Shown here: piece by piece, positions 62,770 to 64,000 of the stretch
Layout: each line of letters starts with the position of its first letter
Numbering within the stretch: position 1 is the stretch's first letter
NCBI GenBank assembly: GCA_036172245.1
Contig: JAYWIR010000005.1
Location: 5,208,001-5,272,000, forward strand
Reading direction: 5' to 3'
DNA: 64,000 nt
DNA from: Raillietiella orientalis
Taxonomy: Eukaryota
The notes under the pieces: model-generated
Seen by the model: the letters and a program-made list of their open reading frames with translations, nothing else
What the model was told of the DNA's origin: nothing
Database searches by the model: none
Translations under genes and position numbers: made by a program

Positions 62770-63221
62770 GATTATTAATTTGTGCAATTTTATTTTATTT
62801 TTTGTGTGCTTCGTCGAATTCGTGAAAAAATATTCGGCGAATGTTGATGGTAACTCCATGAAAAATGCATGCGAGATTGTTTGGCAAGGTGCGTTCTGGG
62901 AATAAATACGAAACAGCACAAGGCATAAAAAAGGTTAATGTTTACACATCAACACCTTATGTTTCGACATTCCGACTAGGACAGCACATTTTGAGCACGT
63001 GTTTCCGGTGTCAAGGCAACACCACTGAGTTGGCTAACTGCGAGTTGCTTCATGACAAGGATATTTGTCGAAATAGTGATCGAGGCCATAATGCTCGATG
63101 GAAATTGGCAGTTTTTAGATGTATGTAGATCCCATGTTTATTCATGTTTTTGGATGATGGTCTTGTACGGAATTAAGAAAAGCCAGATAATTTATCACTT
63201 ACAGATGTGCACAAGCTTTGA
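62770..63221 (+). CDS. Possible small secreted cysteine-containing protein (candidate exons ~62770-62888, 62980-63119, 63205-63221)
   Basis: Phase-consistent GT-AG junctions give a hydrophobic start 'IINLCNFILFFVCFVEF' followed by 'NACEIVWQGQHILSTCFRCQGNTTELANCELL..AVFRYVHKL*'. No start exon and no recognised homolog. Confidence 0.25.
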
Positions 63222-64000
63222 ATGATTTGAATATTTTATAAGCCGTGGTCAGACTGTAATAATTTAAACTCGAATCTGATATTCTTAAACATTTAAGTTC
63301 CACATTAAGTTTTACAATAAATCTCATAATCAGAGGAATATTGAAGAGGTGTGTAATATTAACTTTCAACATTAATGCTGAAGTTAAAAGAGCACTTTTT
63401 CATGATAAGCCAAGAAGAATGGTCTGCTCCTTTACTTTTCTTCCAGACAGATCTCTATCCGGACTCGGTATTTACTCTTTCATCTTTTTTAGGATGCGTT
63501 CTATCACGAAAACAAATAACATCCTGAACGACTTTATTATTTTCTGCAATGCTCATAATTCTTCATAATATCAGTCCTATGAAAGAAGTTCATCTCTAAT
63601 CTCGCACTTGACTGATTTTTATTCCATTTCAGTCTTCCCATATTCCTGTTAGAATAGCTAATCTATTACTCTTACGCGTTAATGAATTACAAAAAGAAAC
63701 AGATTTGGGCATCAAAAGCAGTCTAGACAATCCTGTCTCATCCATAATTCCTAATTCTTTCATCTAAGAAAGCATTCCTTTCCATACATATTTTTTCTCA
63801 AACCAATCTTTCCTCCCTTACATATTTGCAAAAAAATATTTCTAATTCAATTCCGTGTTCTCGTTTAGGAACCTGCAATAGAAATTGCAATTCGCATACA
63901 TAATCTGATGGATCCCGAAACTAGGAACAGTTTTAAGCTTCTTAAACAAGTTTTTCCACTCTACTAGCATCTCCCTCTTTTTCCTTTCAGTATCAAGTCA

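Noticed and set aside
1..64000. CRISPR arrays, rRNA, snRNA/SL-RNA genes, prokaryotic operons
   Set aside because: None were seen by eye. The sequence is intron-containing eukaryotic DNA without regularly spaced repeat-spacer arrays.

Overview
Eukaryotic (invertebrate animal-like) genomic DNA in two contrasting parts. Roughly 1-46.2 kb is a CpG-rich transposon graveyard. It holds a decayed DIRS-like element, several L1/Tx1-clade LINEs (one near full length at about 11.8-16.8 kb), CR1/L2-like and Gypsy-integrase remnants, Harbinger, piggyBac, Tigger/pogo and hAT DNA transposons or MITEs, and two copies of a tRNA-headed SINE-like repeat. One host-like gene with a hinderin/KIAA1328 motif lies among them. 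Roughly 46.2-64 kb is AT-rich and holds three intact spliced genes reconstructed by hand: TMEM161 (+), CHMP5 (-) and MGAT1 (+), mostly with very short introns. The main observations are a 47-nt U12-type intron in TMEM161, convergent TMEM161/CHMP5 stop codons 36 nt apart, and CpG depletion confined to gene bodies. Also notable are a conserved stem-loop-like motif after AATAAA at the 3' end of three L1/Tx1 fragments, a micro-inversion that split a hAT MITE, and a MITE nested in a hAT subterminal motif. I found no clearly new multi-gene system. Family assignments come from motif recognition by eye, not database searches.
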